DNA of 64,000 bases from Dehalococcoidia bacterium. Lineage in GTDB: Bacteria > Chloroflexota > Dehalococcoidia > Bin125. The translations under genes and the position numbers were made by a program. Of this stretch, positions 10,108-20,634 are shown piece after piece. The notes under the pieces were generated by a model. The model saw only the letters and a program-made list of their open reading frames with translations, made no database searches and was not told the origin of the DNA. How positions within the stretch are numbered: position 1 is the first letter of the stretch; each line of letters begins with the position of its first letter. Where the stretch lies: contig CAXXSR010000002.1 in NCBI GenBank assembly GCA_963662615.2, positions 589,014-653,013 on the forward strand, read 5' to 3'.

Positions 10108-10566
10108 ATGCGACTGACCCACTTGCTCCGGCGCGCCCTCCGCCGGCCCAGCCGCTTGGAGCGGCTTGTGGAGCAGAGCCTGCGCGAGGGCGTGGGCCTG
10201 CATCGCAACGTCTGGCACCTCACCAACCTGCCCCTGGCGTCTGACGACCTGGGCTCCGTGGCGACTGCGGTCTCGGCCTGGGTGGAACAGCAGATGGGGC
10301 GAACTCGTAAGCCCCACGGCATTGACCACCTTGCGGTCGGCCTCGCCTGCGCGCCGGTCGGCCGGGCGCCCATCGCCAGCGTCTCACTGGGCGTGTTCCG
10401 CCCCGCGGACTACTACGGCGACGGTGGCACCCGCGATCAGATTGAGGAGTTCGTGCGTGATCTGCCGCTGAGCGCCATCAATGAGGGCCGCTCCGCCGTC
10501 CGCATCGCCGCTGCGCTGTTCTCGTGGGGCGATCTCGCCCGCGCCACCGTCTTCCGCGACGACTAG
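10108..10566 (+). CDS. hypothetical protein
   Basis: GGAGG RBS before ATG 10108; protein-like composition; family not recognised. Confidence 0.7.
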   Translation: MRLTHLLRRALRRPSRLERLVEQSLREGVGLHRNVWHLTNLPLASDDLGSVATAVSAWVEQQMGRTRKPHGIDHLAVGLACAPVGRAPIASVSLGVFRPADYYGDGGTRDQIEEFVRDLPLSAINEGRSAVRIAAALFSWGDLARATVFRDD

Positions 10567-10616
10567 CCTGCGCGTCCGCAGCCGCTACGGCACCCCGCCG
10601 CTACGGTATCCAGCCG

Positions 10617-12857
10617 CTATGGCACCCACCCGCTGAGCAGGCTCCGCTCCAGAACGTTGCGGACAATGGGCCCGGCCTCTTTGGCCCCGGACTCGCCGTT
10701 GTCCAGCACTACGGTCGCCACCAGCCGGGGGTTGCTGACGTTGGCGTAGGCCACGAAGAGGACGTGATTCTGCTCGTCTCGGTCCTCGGCGGTCCCGGAC
10801 TTCCCCGCCGCCGCCAGCGGCGTATCCCGGAAGGCGGTCCAGCCCGTGCCGTTCAGGACGACCTGGCGGGTGGCGTTACGGAGGTAGGCGTGCGTGGCGG
10901 CGGAAATCGGCAGGACGCCAATGGGCGTGGCGCTGAACTGCTCCACAATCTCCCCCTCCGGCGTGCGCAGCGAGTGCACGGCGAGCGGCGTGCGCAAGAG
11001 CCCGTCGGTCGCCAGCGCCGCGTACGCGTTGGTGATCTGCAGCGGCGTGGTGAGGAGAAAGCCTTGGCCAATGCTCATGTTGACGGTGTCGCCGGTGTAC
11101 CAGAAGTCGTTCCGATTGATCCGCTTCCATTCCGGGCCGGGATTCACCCCGGCCTCTTCGTGAACGCCAATGGCCCCCGTCTCTTCCCCGAAGCCGAAGC
11201 CGGCGGAGAACTGGGTGAGCGCGTTCTCGTCGCGACGGTGCAACTCCTGGCCGACCTGATAAAAGACCGTGTTGCAGCTCTCCGCCAGCGCCTGGGTCAG
11301 GCTCAGCAAGCCCCGATCCTCCTCCTGCCAGTTCTTCAGCGGCGTCTCGTCCCCTAGCCCTCGCCACACCGCCGGGCAGTCCAGTCGCGCCTGCTCGTCG
11401 AAGCCACCCACCTCCAGCCCCGCCGCCAGCGTCACGACCTTGAAGATGGAGCCGGGCGGGTACAGCCGTTCCGCCGTCCGGTTCACGAACGGTTGGCGCT
11501 CATCTTCAAAGTAGAGTGCGAACTCCTCTTGGGTGAGGCCGCGGATGAACGCGTTCGGATCGAAGCGGGGGTATGAGGCCAGCGCCAGCAATTCGTTCGT
11601 GCGCGGATCCATCACCACCACCGCGCCGGTCTCCTCCCCCAGCGCCGCCTCCGCGACCCGCTGGATGCGGGTGTCCAACGTCAAGTAGACGTCCCGCGAC
11701 GGCAGCAGCGCCTGCGCCGCGATCTCCCGAACCACCTGGCCGTCCGGCGAAATGATCGTCAGCCGGCCGCCGCGCTTCCCGGCCAGCTCCTGCTCAAAGA
11801 TCGCCTCCACGCCGTCGCGACCCACCATGTCGCCCGACTGGTACCCCTCAATCGCCAGCGTCTCCAGCTCCTCCTCATTGATCTCGGCCATGAATCCCAC
11901 CACGTGCGCGGCCAGCTCGCTCTGCGGATAGGTGCGCTGCGTCTCCCGTCGCACCAGGACGCCCAGGTCGGCCAGCTGCTCGAAACTCTCCACCAGCGCC
12001 GGATCCACGTCGTATGGCAGCCGCACAATCGGGATGAAGAAGTAGGAGGGCATGTTCTGGAACATCAGGTCGCGCACTGCCTGGTCGTCCAGCTCCAGCC
12101 GCTCCACGAACAGGTCGATCACGGCATCCTCGTCGCTGATCAGCTCGTGTGAAATGCCAATGACGATGATCTCCCCCTGAGTGGCCAAGGGCTCGCCGTT
12201 GCGATCGAAGATCTCGCCGCGCTCCGGGACGTCAACAAAGCGGTGCACCAAGTAGCCGCGCTCGCCCAGCCCCGCAAAGATGAGATCCGGGCTCCAATCC
12301 ACCACCCAGCCCGGCTGGCGCCGCGTGGGCGCGAAGACCCGTTCCTCAATCTCGCCAAAGAAGACCGTGTCGTAGGAGAGGACCACCTCAATCCCGGCCA
12401 CGTTTTCCCCCGGCGGCGGGACCACTTCCCAGCGAACGCCGCGGATCGTGGCTTCCTCCCAGATGTCGCGGTAGCGCTCGGCGAACTCCTCGGCCGTCGT
12501 TAGCTCTCGCGCCTCCAAGCTGGCCAGCCGGTAGGCGTCTTCAAACCGTTCTGCCGCGACCAGGGCGAAGAACTTCTGCACCGCTTCCAGCGCCGTCAGC
12601 GGCGCCTTCGACAGGTCCAGTAGGTCCTCTTCTGGCGGCGGGGCGACGTCGACCGGGCCCAGGCCGCTCTCGTCCGGCTCGGCCTGCGACTCGATCTCCT
12701 CCGCCGCTGCCGGCTCCTCCGCTGCGTCGAAGAATTCGGAAAGGTCGCGGTCGCCCTCGCCGCCGAAAATGCAGCCGCTGCTGACCAAGAGGGCGTACAG
12801 GAGAACTGCGATGGTGAGAAGCGCCGTGAGAATCGCGTGACGCCGGCGCATGAGCAT
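10617..12857 (-). CDS. mrdA: class B penicillin-binding protein (PBP2-type, NTF2-like N-terminal region)
   Basis: RGEIFDRNG, PGSIFK (SxxK), SCN, GKSGTAE. Confidence 0.9.
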   Translation of the reverse strand: MLMRRRHAILTALLTIAVLLYALLVSSGCIFGGEGDRDLSEFFDAAEEPAAAEEIESQAEPDESGLGPVDVAPPPEEDLLDLSKAPLTALEAVQKFFALVAAERFEDAYRLASLEARELTTAEEFAERYRDIWEEATIRGVRWEVVPPPGENVAGIEVVLSYDTVFFGEIEERVFAPTRRQPGWVVDWSPDLIFAGLGERGYLVHRFVDVPERGEIFDRNGEPLATQGEIIVIGISHELISDEDAVIDLFVERLELDDQAVRDLMFQNMPSYFFIPIVRLPYDVDPALVESFEQLADLGVLVRRETQRTYPQSELAAHVVGFMAEINEEELETLAIEGYQSGDMVGRDGVEAIFEQELAGKRGGRLTIISPDGQVVREIAAQALLPSRDVYLTLDTRIQRVAEAALGEETGAVVVMDPRTNELLALASYPRFDPNAFIRGLTQEEFALYFEDERQPFVNRTAERLYPPGSIFKVVTLAAGLEVGGFDEQARLDCPAVWRGLGDETPLKNWQEEDRGLLSLTQALAESCNTVFYQVGQELHRRDENALTQFSAGFGFGEETGAIGVHEEAGVNPGPEWKRINRNDFWYTGDTVNMSIGQGFLLTTPLQITNAYAALATDGLLRTPLAVHSLRTPEGEIVEQFSATPIGVLPISAATHAYLRNATRQVVLNGTGWTAFRDTPLAAAGKSGTAEDRDEQNHVLFVAYANVSNPRLVATVVLDNGESGAKEAGPIVRNVLERSLLSGWVP

Positions 12858-13003
12858 GCGTCGCCTCAGTGCTCCGCCAGGGCCCGCTGCCAGGCAGTAT
12901 ACGCCGCTTTCGCGCCGCGCGAGCGGACCACCGCCCCGAACCCGTGCCGCGACGCCCTCCCGCCCGTACCGTTGTGCCCCTTGGGAGTCGTAGGATCCAG
13001 AGC

Positions 13004-14266
13004 ATGTTCCCAGGCGCTCTCCGTCCCGTCGTCTTGGCCCTCTTTGCGGGCGCCGCGCTGGCGGCCGCCTGTGGTGGTGGCAGCGGCGAGGACGCCCGCG
13101 CCGACGAGGACGCCCGCAGCGAGGACGCCCCCACCGAGCCGCGTCCGCTGGAACTGGACGCCGTCCCCATCTCCGCCGGCAGCCCGCGGACGTTCGCCAT
13201 GGGCTTCATGGCCATCCCGGCCTCGCTCTCGGAGAGCGCCTACGTGCGGGTCTTCGACGTCGCCGCTGAGCACGGCGACCTGATCATGATCCTGCGTGGC
13301 CTGCCCTGGGCGGAGGTGGGGCCCGGCGCCCACTTGCTGCCGACGACGGAGGCGACGATTCAGCGCGAGACGGCGCTGGTGCGGGAGCGCGATTTGGAGC
13401 TGCTCTTCGCCATCGATCCCTGGGAGCCCACCGACCGCGGCCGCCTCGTCGGCGACGCGCCCGGCGACAACTTCACCGATCCGGCGGTGGTTGAGGCCTA
13501 CCTCGCCTATGTGGAGCTGGTGGTGACCCGCTACCGGCCTCGCTGGCTCGCCCTCGCCGTAGACTTGGACCAGTTCGCCGTCGCCCAACCCGCTGATGTG
13601 CGCGCCTTTCACGCCGCCTACATCCGCGCCTACCGGCGGGTGAAAGAGCTGGCTCCCGAGACGCGTGTCTTCGCGACCTTTCAGTTGGAGGATCTCCAGG
13701 GGCTCCTGCCCTGGGGAGAGCCCCATGCGCCGCAGTGGTCGCTCATCCTTCGCTTCGCGCCTGTCTTGGACGTCTTGGCCTTCAGCACCTTTCCCTCCTT
13801 TCTCTTCCCCTTCCCCAGCGACATCCCCAACCAGTACTACTCTCGCCTCAGCGCCTTCGCCAAGCCGATCGCCTTGGTGCCCGTGGGGTACGCTTCGGAT
13901 GCGGGCAGGGACGGCGTCACCTACGGGACGCCGGGTGGCCAGCGACGCTTCCTCGAACGCCTCCTCGCCGAGACCGGCGCGCCCCCCTGGGCGCTCGTGG
14001 TCTGGTTGGCGCCGGACGATCCGCAATTCGCCACCGCCGGCCCCTACGACTTGCTCAGCCACATGGGCCTGCGCGATGGTCGAGGCACCGCCAAGCCTGC
14101 CTGGTCCGTCTGGGCCGAGCAGGCGCGGCGTCCCTGGGCCCCCCTTCCCTTCGACGCCGGACCCGCCGCCGACGCCGATGGCGGCCTCTCCTCTGACGCG
14201 GAGGCCGGCCCCGTCGGCGCCGCTGGCGACCCGTCGCCCTCACGCGTGTCCCCGGCTGGGGGCTAG
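13004..14266 (+). CDS. predicted lipoprotein, glycoside-hydrolase-like TIM barrel
   Basis: Lipobox-like LAAAC; YRPRWLALAVD, AYRRVKELAPETRVFATFQ, DVLAFSTFP, MGLRDGRGTAKPAWSVW. Confidence 0.65.
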   Translation: MFPGALRPVVLALFAGAALAAACGGGSGEDARADEDARSEDAPTEPRPLELDAVPISAGSPRTFAMGFMAIPASLSESAYVRVFDVAAEHGDLIMILRGLPWAEVGPGAHLLPTTEATIQRETALVRERDLELLFAIDPWEPTDRGRLVGDAPGDNFTDPAVVEAYLAYVELVVTRYRPRWLALAVDLDQFAVAQPADVRAFHAAYIRAYRRVKELAPETRVFATFQLEDLQGLLPWGEPHAPQWSLILRFAPVLDVLAFSTFPSFLFPFPSDIPNQYYSRLSAFAKPIALVPVGYASDAGRDGVTYGTPGGQRRFLERLLAETGAPPWALVVWLAPDDPQFATAGPYDLLSHMGLRDGRGTAKPAWSVWAEQARRPWAPLPFDAGPAADADGGLSSDAEAGPVGAAGDPSPSRVSPAGG

Positions 14267-14393
14267 GGCAGCGCCGGCGTCCGCCCGCAGCCCGGTAACG
14301 CTCTGGCATAACAAGGGGGGTCGCTGATCCGTCCACCAGCCTCCAGAATGGATGGGGTGATCCGGTCAGGCCGGCGCGCCCAGGGAGGGTCGC

Positions 14394-15665
14394 ATGATGC
14401 CGGGACCACGCCTGAGGAAATCGTTGTTCGTTGGGTTCGCTGCCGCTGCGCTCATCGCGCTGGCGCCGGCGCTACACGGCGCTCACGGCCTTCCCCCCGC
14501 GCTCTTCTTCGGCAGCACCGCCGATGTCACCATCGACGGTGCTCCCTACGACGGCGAGACGCCGATCGAGGTTATCGACGGCGACGCCGTCGGCGCCGTC
14601 AACGCTGACGTCGTCCTCAGTCTGGCCACCCAGGCCCTAGCCACGCAGCGCACTTTGGAGCTGGTGCCCGGCTCCAACTTCCTCACCTACAGCGGACCCA
14701 ATGTCAGCATCGCCGGCCTGGTGGAGGGCTTCCCCAACGCGGACGCCATTGAGGCCATCTTCGCCTTCGATTCCTCCACGCAGACCTACCAAACAGCCCG
14801 GCCCGCTGGTCCCGCCTTCCTCGACACGCTGGACGGCCTCGTGCAGAACCAGACCTACGTCTTCAGCATGAGCGCCCCCGTCACTTGGCAGATGCCCATC
14901 GCCCCGCTGCAGAGCGACGGCCCCAATGAGGTCGCGCTCGCTGCGGGATTCACGGCGCTGCCCTGGCTTGAAGCGGACACCGCAGACACCACCGGGATCA
15001 CAACGCGCATCGCCGACGTCGGCGCGGTGCGCGCGATCTTCACGTTCAACAACGCCACGCAGACGTTCGCGGTGCTGCGGCCCGGTCAGCCGGCCTTCCT
15101 GAGCACGCTCACGCAGGTGAGCCGCTATGATTTCCTCTTCCTCCAGGCCGACTCGCCAACCACTTGGACACAGGTCATCGTCCCGCCGCTGGCGGGCGAG
15201 GAGGAGGTCCCCGCGGCGGCCCCGACGATCGTGATGGCGAGCGTTGAGCTGAACGGCGCCGCCGGCGTCGTGACGCTGCGAAACGTCAGCGGCGCCCCGG
15301 TCAGCCTGGACGGCTACTGGTTCTGCCAGCGCCCCAACTACCACCCCTTGCCAGACGTCACGATCGCGCCGGGGGAGGAGCTGGAGGTGCGCCTGGGCAG
15401 CGGCGATGACGCGCCCGGCTTGCATTTCGCCGGCACGGCTCTGGGTTCGTTCAACGCCGCGGGCGGCGAGATCTCTCTTTACCGCGACCAGCAATTCGGC
15501 AGCAGCGAGTCGATCGTGGCATACGCCGCCTGGGGCAGCTTCGATGGCCGCAGCGACGTCGCGCGGGAGGCCGGCATCTGGGGCGCCGCGAATGTGCAGG
15601 CCTCCCAGGGCGACACGCTCGTCTACACGGGCGGCACGGGTGCGAGCGCGTACGAAGTGCAGTGA
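14394..15665 (+). CDS. secreted protein with two internal repeats and a lamin-tail-like C-terminal domain
   Basis: Signal peptide; VTLRNVSGAPVSLDGYWFC...TIAPGEELEV...GGEISLY. Confidence 0.75.
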   Translation: MMPGPRLRKSLFVGFAAAALIALAPALHGAHGLPPALFFGSTADVTIDGAPYDGETPIEVIDGDAVGAVNADVVLSLATQALATQRTLELVPGSNFLTYSGPNVSIAGLVEGFPNADAIEAIFAFDSSTQTYQTARPAGPAFLDTLDGLVQNQTYVFSMSAPVTWQMPIAPLQSDGPNEVALAAGFTALPWLEADTADTTGITTRIADVGAVRAIFTFNNATQTFAVLRPGQPAFLSTLTQVSRYDFLFLQADSPTTWTQVIVPPLAGEEEVPAAAPTIVMASVELNGAAGVVTLRNVSGAPVSLDGYWFCQRPNYHPLPDVTIAPGEELEVRLGSGDDAPGLHFAGTALGSFNAAGGEISLYRDQQFGSSESIVAYAAWGSFDGRSDVAREAGIWGAANVQASQGDTLVYTGGTGASAYEVQ

Positions 15666-15679
15666 CCCCCTCAAACGCC

Positions 15680-15710
15680 ACGGGGCCCGGGCGTTACGCC
15701 CGGGCCCCGT
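15680..15710. terminator. perfect 15-bp inverted repeat between convergent genes
   Basis: acggggcccgggcgt-t-acgcccgggccccgt. Confidence 0.8.
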
Positions 15711-15739
15711 TCCTGCCCCACCCGTGATCGTCGGCCTGC

Positions 15740-18238
15740 TTAGGCCGACATCGCCTCGGGCTCCTTGGCTGTCTCCGCGTCCGGGCGCGTGAACACGTCC
15801 GGCTTGCGCTCGAATCGGAACTCGCCCTTCACGAAGTCCACCGTGATCCGGTCCCCCTCCTCGTAGCGCCCGGCCAGCAGCTCCTTACTCAGCGGATTTT
15901 CCACCCGCCGCTGGATCACCCGCCGCAGCGGGCGCGCGCCGAAGGTGGGGTTGTACCCCTCTTCCACCAGCGCCGCTTTGGCCGCCGCCGTCAGCTCAAA
16001 GGTCAGCCCGTTCTCCTGCAGCCGTTCCCGCTCCTCGGCGGCCATCAAATCGACGATCTGCAGCAGCTCGTCCTGGGTCAGCGGCTCGAAGACGATCACC
16101 TCATCAACCCGGTTCAGGAACTCCGGCCGGAAGAACTCGCGCAGGGCCCGCTCCGCCCGCTCCACCCGCCCCCGCTGTTCGCTCTCACTGGCGGAGCGGG
16201 TCTGGCTGATGAAGCCCAGCCCCCTCTCGGCTTCCCGGCCGGTCCCCAGATTGCTGGTCATGATCAGCACCGTGTTGCGAAAGTCCACCGTGCGCCCGTG
16301 TCCGTCCGTGAGCCGGCCGTCGTCCATGACCTGCAACAGCAGGTTGAATACGTCCGCGTGCGCCTTTTCGATCTCGTCCAGCAGGATCACGCGGAAGGGC
16401 CGCCGCCGCACGAGCTCGGTGAGGCCGCCCCCCTCTTCGTAGCCCACATAGCCCGGCGGCGCGCCCACGATCCGGCTCACGGTGTGCCGCTCTTGATATT
16501 CGGACATGTCCAGCCGGACCAGCGCGTCCTCGCTGTCGAAGAGGTACTCCGCCAGCGCCTTGGCCAGCTCCGTCTTGCCCACGCCCGTGGGCCCCAGGAA
16601 GACGAAGGAGCCAATCGGCCGCTTGGGGTCCTTGAGCCCAGACCGCGCCCGACGGATCGCGTCGGCCAGCACGGTGATCGCCGTGTCCTGGCCGATCACG
16701 CGGTTGTGCAACTCCTCCTCAATGTGGAGGAGCTTCTCCGCCTCGCCCGCCAGCATGCGCTGTACCGGGATGGCCGTGATATCCGCGACCAGCTCGGCGA
16801 TGTCGCGCTCGCCGACTTCGTCGGTGGGCGGGTTCTCCGCCTCCCACTCCGCCTTGCGACGGCGGTAGTCCTCCTGGATCTGTAGTAGCTCCTGCCGGAT
16901 CCCCGCAGCCGCCGCGAAGTCCTGCCGCTGCGCCGCCGCCTCCTGTTGGTCGCTCAACTCTTGGACCCGGCGCTCCAGGTCCGCCACGTCCGGCGGCATG
17001 GACTGGTTGGTGATCACTCGTCGCGACGCCGCCTCATCGATCAGATCGATCGCCTTGTCCGGCAGGCGCCGCTCCGTCAAGTAGCGATGACTGAGCTGCA
17101 CGGCCGCCTCCACGGCGGCGTCGGTGATGGTCACCTTGTGGTGCGCTTCGTAGCGCGGACGCAGCCCCCTGAGAATGGCGACGCTGTCCTCCCGGCTGGG
17201 CTCGTCCAAAAACACGGGCGCGAAGCGCCGCTCCAGCGCCGTGTCCTTCTCCACGTACTGGCGATACTCGTCCAGCGTCGTGGCCCCAATCACGTGCAGC
17301 TCGCCGCGGGCCAGGGCCGGCTTCAGCATGTTCGCCGCGTCAATCGCACCTTCGGCCGCGCCGGCGCCCACCACCTGATGCAGCTCGTCAATGAGGAGGA
17401 GGATCTGCCCCTCCGAGGCCTTGATTTCGTCCATGACCGCGGTCAGCCGCTCCTCGAACTCGCCGCGAAACTTGGCCCCGGCCAGCAGCTGTCCCATGTC
17501 CAGGGCGAGCACGCGCTTGTCACGCAGGTTTTCGGGCACGTCCCCCGAAACGATCTTCTGCGCCAGCCCCTCCACGATGGCCGTCTTGCCCACACCCGCC
17601 TCGCCGATAATCACGGGGTTGTTCTTGCGGCGACGGTTGAGGATCTGCATCACCCGACGCACTTCAACCTCCCGGCCGATCACCGGGTCCAGCTTGCCTT
17701 CCTGCGCCAGGCGCGTGAGGTCCGTGGTGTACTTCTCCAGCGAGCGATAGCGTGACTCGGCGGTAGGCTCCGTCACGCGATGACTGCCGCGGATCTTTTG
17801 CAGCGCCCGGTAGACGCGCTCCTGCGTGACGCCGTGCTGTCCCAGGATGGTGGCGGCGGTCTCGTATGGCTGCGGCCCGTCCGCCACCCCGGCGATGGCG
17901 ATCAGCAGGTGCTCCACTCCCACGTATTCATCCTTGAGCCGCTCCGCTTCGGCATTGGCGCGCTCCAGCATCTTCACCACCCGCGGGGTCGTGTAGACCT
18001 GCACCACGTCTTGGGCGAGCTTGGGCGTGGCCTCCAACGTGGCCTGCGCGTCCGCCGCCAGCTTCCGGGCATCCACGCCCAGCTCCTTGAAGAGGTCGGC
18101 CGCCAGCCCGTCCGCCGTCGCCAGGGCCAAGAGCACGTGCTCCACGTCCCACTGGGCGTGGCGGCTCTGCCGCACCAGCTCCTGGCTGCCCCCTAGCACC
18201 TGCTGCGCCTGCTCGGTAAAGCGGTCTTGTCGCATCAT
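15740..18238 (-). CDS. Clp/Hsp100 AAA+ ATPase (ClpC-type architecture)
   Basis: Clp-N repeats, GEAGVGKT, short UVR-like M domain, [12 protein letters not shown] loop. Confidence 0.93.
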   Translation of the reverse strand: MMRQDRFTEQAQQVLGGSQELVRQSRHAQWDVEHVLLALATADGLAADLFKELGVDARKLAADAQATLEATPKLAQDVVQVYTTPRVVKMLERANAEAERLKDEYVGVEHLLIAIAGVADGPQPYETAATILGQHGVTQERVYRALQKIRGSHRVTEPTAESRYRSLEKYTTDLTRLAQEGKLDPVIGREVEVRRVMQILNRRRKNNPVIIGEAGVGKTAIVEGLAQKIVSGDVPENLRDKRVLALDMGQLLAGAKFRGEFEERLTAVMDEIKASEGQILLLIDELHQVVGAGAAEGAIDAANMLKPALARGELHVIGATTLDEYRQYVEKDTALERRFAPVFLDEPSREDSVAILRGLRPRYEAHHKVTITDAAVEAAVQLSHRYLTERRLPDKAIDLIDEAASRRVITNQSMPPDVADLERRVQELSDQQEAAAQRQDFAAAAGIRQELLQIQEDYRRRKAEWEAENPPTDEVGERDIAELVADITAIPVQRMLAGEAEKLLHIEEELHNRVIGQDTAITVLADAIRRARSGLKDPKRPIGSFVFLGPTGVGKTELAKALAEYLFDSEDALVRLDMSEYQERHTVSRIVGAPPGYVGYEEGGGLTELVRRRPFRVILLDEIEKAHADVFNLLLQVMDDGRLTDGHGRTVDFRNTVLIMTSNLGTGREAERGLGFISQTRSASESEQRGRVERAERALREFFRPEFLNRVDEVIVFEPLTQDELLQIVDLMAAEERERLQENGLTFELTAAAKAALVEEGYNPTFGARPLRRVIQRRVENPLSKELLAGRYEEGDRITVDFVKGEFRFERKPDVFTRPDAETAKEPEAMSA

Positions 18239-18298
18239 CTCGATCTTGTGCTCTCCTCCGCCGGGCCGCGCCCCTGATCGGGGCGGCGCACCGGCGAG

Positions 18299-18628
18299 CT
18301 ACGGCCGCGGCGCCGGCAGCTGCCGGTCGCGCTGCTGTTGCAGCTCTTCCCGCAGGCTCTCGACTTCCGCCTGCAGCCCCTCGATTCGCTCCGTGAGGTT
18401 CAGGATCACGTCCACGCCCGCCAGATTCACCCGCAACTCCTCGACCAGCCGCCGAATCAGCCGCAGCCGCTCGACGTCCTCGTCTGAAAACATCCGCACT
18501 CCGCCGGGCGAACGCGCGGGGGCGATCAGCCCTTCCCGCTCGTAGGCCCGCAACGTTTGCGGATGCACGCTCATCATGCGGGCCACCACGCTGATCACGT
18601 AAAGTGGCTCCTGACGGTCCCGTACCAC
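18299..18628 (-). CDS. hspR: MerR-family heat-shock repressor HspR
   Basis: YVISVVARMMSVHPQTLRAYEREGLIAPARSPGGVRMFS...VNLAGVDVIL; directly after dnaJ. Confidence 0.92.
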   Translation of the reverse strand: MVRDRQEPLYVISVVARMMSVHPQTLRAYEREGLIAPARSPGGVRMFSDEDVERLRLIRRLVEELRVNLAGVDVILNLTERIEGLQAEVESLREELQQQRDRQLPAPRP

Positions 18629-18681
18629 GACTCCCTCTTTCTTGCCTGATGCTCGCTTCGCCCGCGTGCCTCGCGTCCCGA

Positions 18682-19731
18682 TCAGGCGCTGCGACGTTTC
18701 GACTCGGGCCCGTCTCCCCCGCCCTCAAGCTCCCGCAACTGCTCGAAGAGCCGGCGTTCGTCCGCGCTTAACTCCTCCGGGAGGAGCACCTGGACCTTGG
18801 CGAAGAGGTCGCCGCGCTTGTCGCTCCCCATCACCGGCATGCCCTTGCCGGCCAGGCGGAAGACGCGCCCGTTCTGAGTCCGTTCCGGCACGCGCAGCAG
18901 TACCTGTCCCGTGACGGTTGGCACTTCCACCTCGCCGCCCAGCACCGCCGTGGTGAGCGGGATCGCCGCCTCCACGTGCAGCCCCTCCCCCCGACGCTCA
19001 AAGCGCGGGTCCTCCGCCACCGTGACGATCAGGACCACATCGCCGGCGGGACCGCCGTTCCTGCCCGGCGCGCCCTTGCCGCGCAAGCGGATGTTGGTGC
19101 CGCTCTCCACGCCCGCGGGAATCTTCACTTCCAGCCGCCGGCCCGCGGCGCGACGGCCCGCGCCCTGGCAGACGTGGCAGGTGGCGCTGCCAATGCGTCC
19201 GCTGCCGCTGCAACTGGGGCAGCCCTCCTGGGACTGCAGCTGTACCGTGCGCGTGGCGCTCTGGAACGCTTCCGTCAAGGAGACGGTGATCTGCCGGCGG
19301 ATGTCCTGCCCGCGTTGGGGCACGGCGCGGGCGCGGGGACCGCTGCTGCGGAAGAAGCGGTCGAACATCTGGCCGAAGCCGCCGCCCCCCAGGTCATCGA
19401 AGACGCCGGCCTCGCCCAAGGGGACGCCCTCGCCGCCGATGTCGAATCGGACGCCGCCGGCCCCGGGAAAGACCCCGTCCCGCTGCATCTTTTCCAACTG
19501 CTCCGCGTGCATCCACCGCTCGCCCCACTTGTCGAAGGCCGCGCGCTTCTTCTCGTCCGAGAGGACCTCGTAGGCTTCGTTGATCGCCTTGAACTTCTCC
19601 TCTGCGGCTTTGTCTCCGCCCGTGACGTCGGGGTGGTACTTGCGCGCCAGCCGCCGGTAGGCCGACTGGATCTCCTTGCCGGCCGCGCCGCGCTTGACGC
19701 CCAGGATCGAGTAAAAGTCGGGAGTCGCCAT
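18682..19731 (-). CDS. dnaJ: DnaJ/CbpA-like co-chaperone
   Basis: DFYSILGV...YHPD J domain; only two CxxCxGxG motifs; DnaJ C-terminal domain. Confidence 0.9.
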   Translation of the reverse strand: MATPDFYSILGVKRGAAGKEIQSAYRRLARKYHPDVTGGDKAAEEKFKAINEAYEVLSDEKKRAAFDKWGERWMHAEQLEKMQRDGVFPGAGGVRFDIGGEGVPLGEAGVFDDLGGGGFGQMFDRFFRSSGPRARAVPQRGQDIRRQITVSLTEAFQSATRTVQLQSQEGCPSCSGSGRIGSATCHVCQGAGRRAAGRRLEVKIPAGVESGTNIRLRGKGAPGRNGGPAGDVVLIVTVAEDPRFERRGEGLHVEAAIPLTTAVLGGEVEVPTVTGQVLLRVPERTQNGRVFRLAGKGMPVMGSDKRGDLFAKVQVLLPEELSADERRLFEQLRELEGGGDGPESKRRSA

Positions 19732-19800
19732 GTCTGTGCCCTGCCACCAGTATACTGACTCCGCCGAGAATAGGAAAGATGATGGCATCGTCATCTGATA

Positions 19801-19855
19801 GTTGACCGTGATACACTCACCTATATTGACTTATTCTACTCAATCTCACTATATT
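19801..19855. promoter_or_regulatory. two HAIR-like (HspR) operators overlapping a sigma70-type promoter
   Basis: gTTGAcc-N7-ACTCAcc (19801-19821) and aTTGAcT-N6-ACTCAAt (19825-19844) vs CTTGAGT-N7-ACTCAAG; TTGACT-N18-TATATT. Confidence 0.7.
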
Positions 19856-19924
19856 CGAAGCACTGACTCACGAGGCGGCCGTAGCGCCGCCCCCACGCAT
19901 TCCTCGAAAGGAAGAGCTTCCAGA

Positions 19925-20434
19925 ATGTCGCAAATGATCATTCGAGATCCGTTCGCCGAGTTCCGCCCGCTCATGAGATTCGCGACCGCCGACCCCTTCG
20001 TGACGCCGTGGCCCATTGGCGTCCGACGTTATTTCTCGCAGGCGCGCAATGGCGCCGGGCACACGGCGTCCCTGCAGCTCGACGTCTACAAAAACGACGA
20101 CGGGCTCACGGTGGAGGCGCCCCTTCCCGGCTTCAGCGCCAATGAGGTCACGGTCACGCTGGACAAGGGCCGGCTCGCCATCCGCGCCGAGCGAGCCGTC
20201 GAGACCAACGCCGGCAAAGACGACGCCGGGCTCGAAAGCTCGGACGGTGACGCCAACGCACCCGCCTACGTCCTCCGAGAGCGACGGACCGGCGCTCTCG
20301 TCCGCGCCCTGGACATCGGCGACAGCTACGATGCGGCGTCGGTCCAGGGCGCCCTCAAGGACGGCTTGCTGACCTTGACCATCAAGAAGCGGCCGGAGGC
20401 GCAGCCCAAGCGGATCGAGATCCAGAGCGCATAG
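19925..20434 (+). CDS. Hsp20/alpha-crystallin small heat-shock protein
   Basis: LDVYKNDD..VEAPLPG, YVLRERRTG, LKDGLLTLTIKKRPEAQPKRIEI. Confidence 0.92.
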   Translation: MSQMIIRDPFAEFRPLMRFATADPFVTPWPIGVRRYFSQARNGAGHTASLQLDVYKNDDGLTVEAPLPGFSANEVTVTLDKGRLAIRAERAVETNAGKDDAGLESSDGDANAPAYVLRERRTGALVRALDIGDSYDAASVQGALKDGLLTLTIKKRPEAQPKRIEIQSA

Positions 20435-20489
20435 CTCCCGCGGCCGGCGCTGCCAGCGCCGGCCGCCCCAGACGCGCTCTCGAGCGCAG

Positions 20490-20529
20490 CAACGCAGGCC
20501 CCCGCTTCGGCGGGGGGCTGCGTTGTTTT
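20490..20529 (+). terminator. intrinsic terminator after hsp20
   Basis: caacgcaggcccccgc-ttcg-gcggggggctgcgttg followed by tttt. Confidence 0.8.
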
Positions 20530-20634
20530 CGATAGAGCAAGTTATTCTCGATAGAGCATGTGCTCGACAGAGTGCGGTCACGCAATTGAGGGGCGCGGCT
20601 TGACGCGCCTCGCGTCCGTGAGGAGGCTGACGCC

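Noticed and set aside
15740-18238. Calling the ATPase clpB
   Set aside because: Lacks the long ClpB coiled-coil M domain and has an LGF loop
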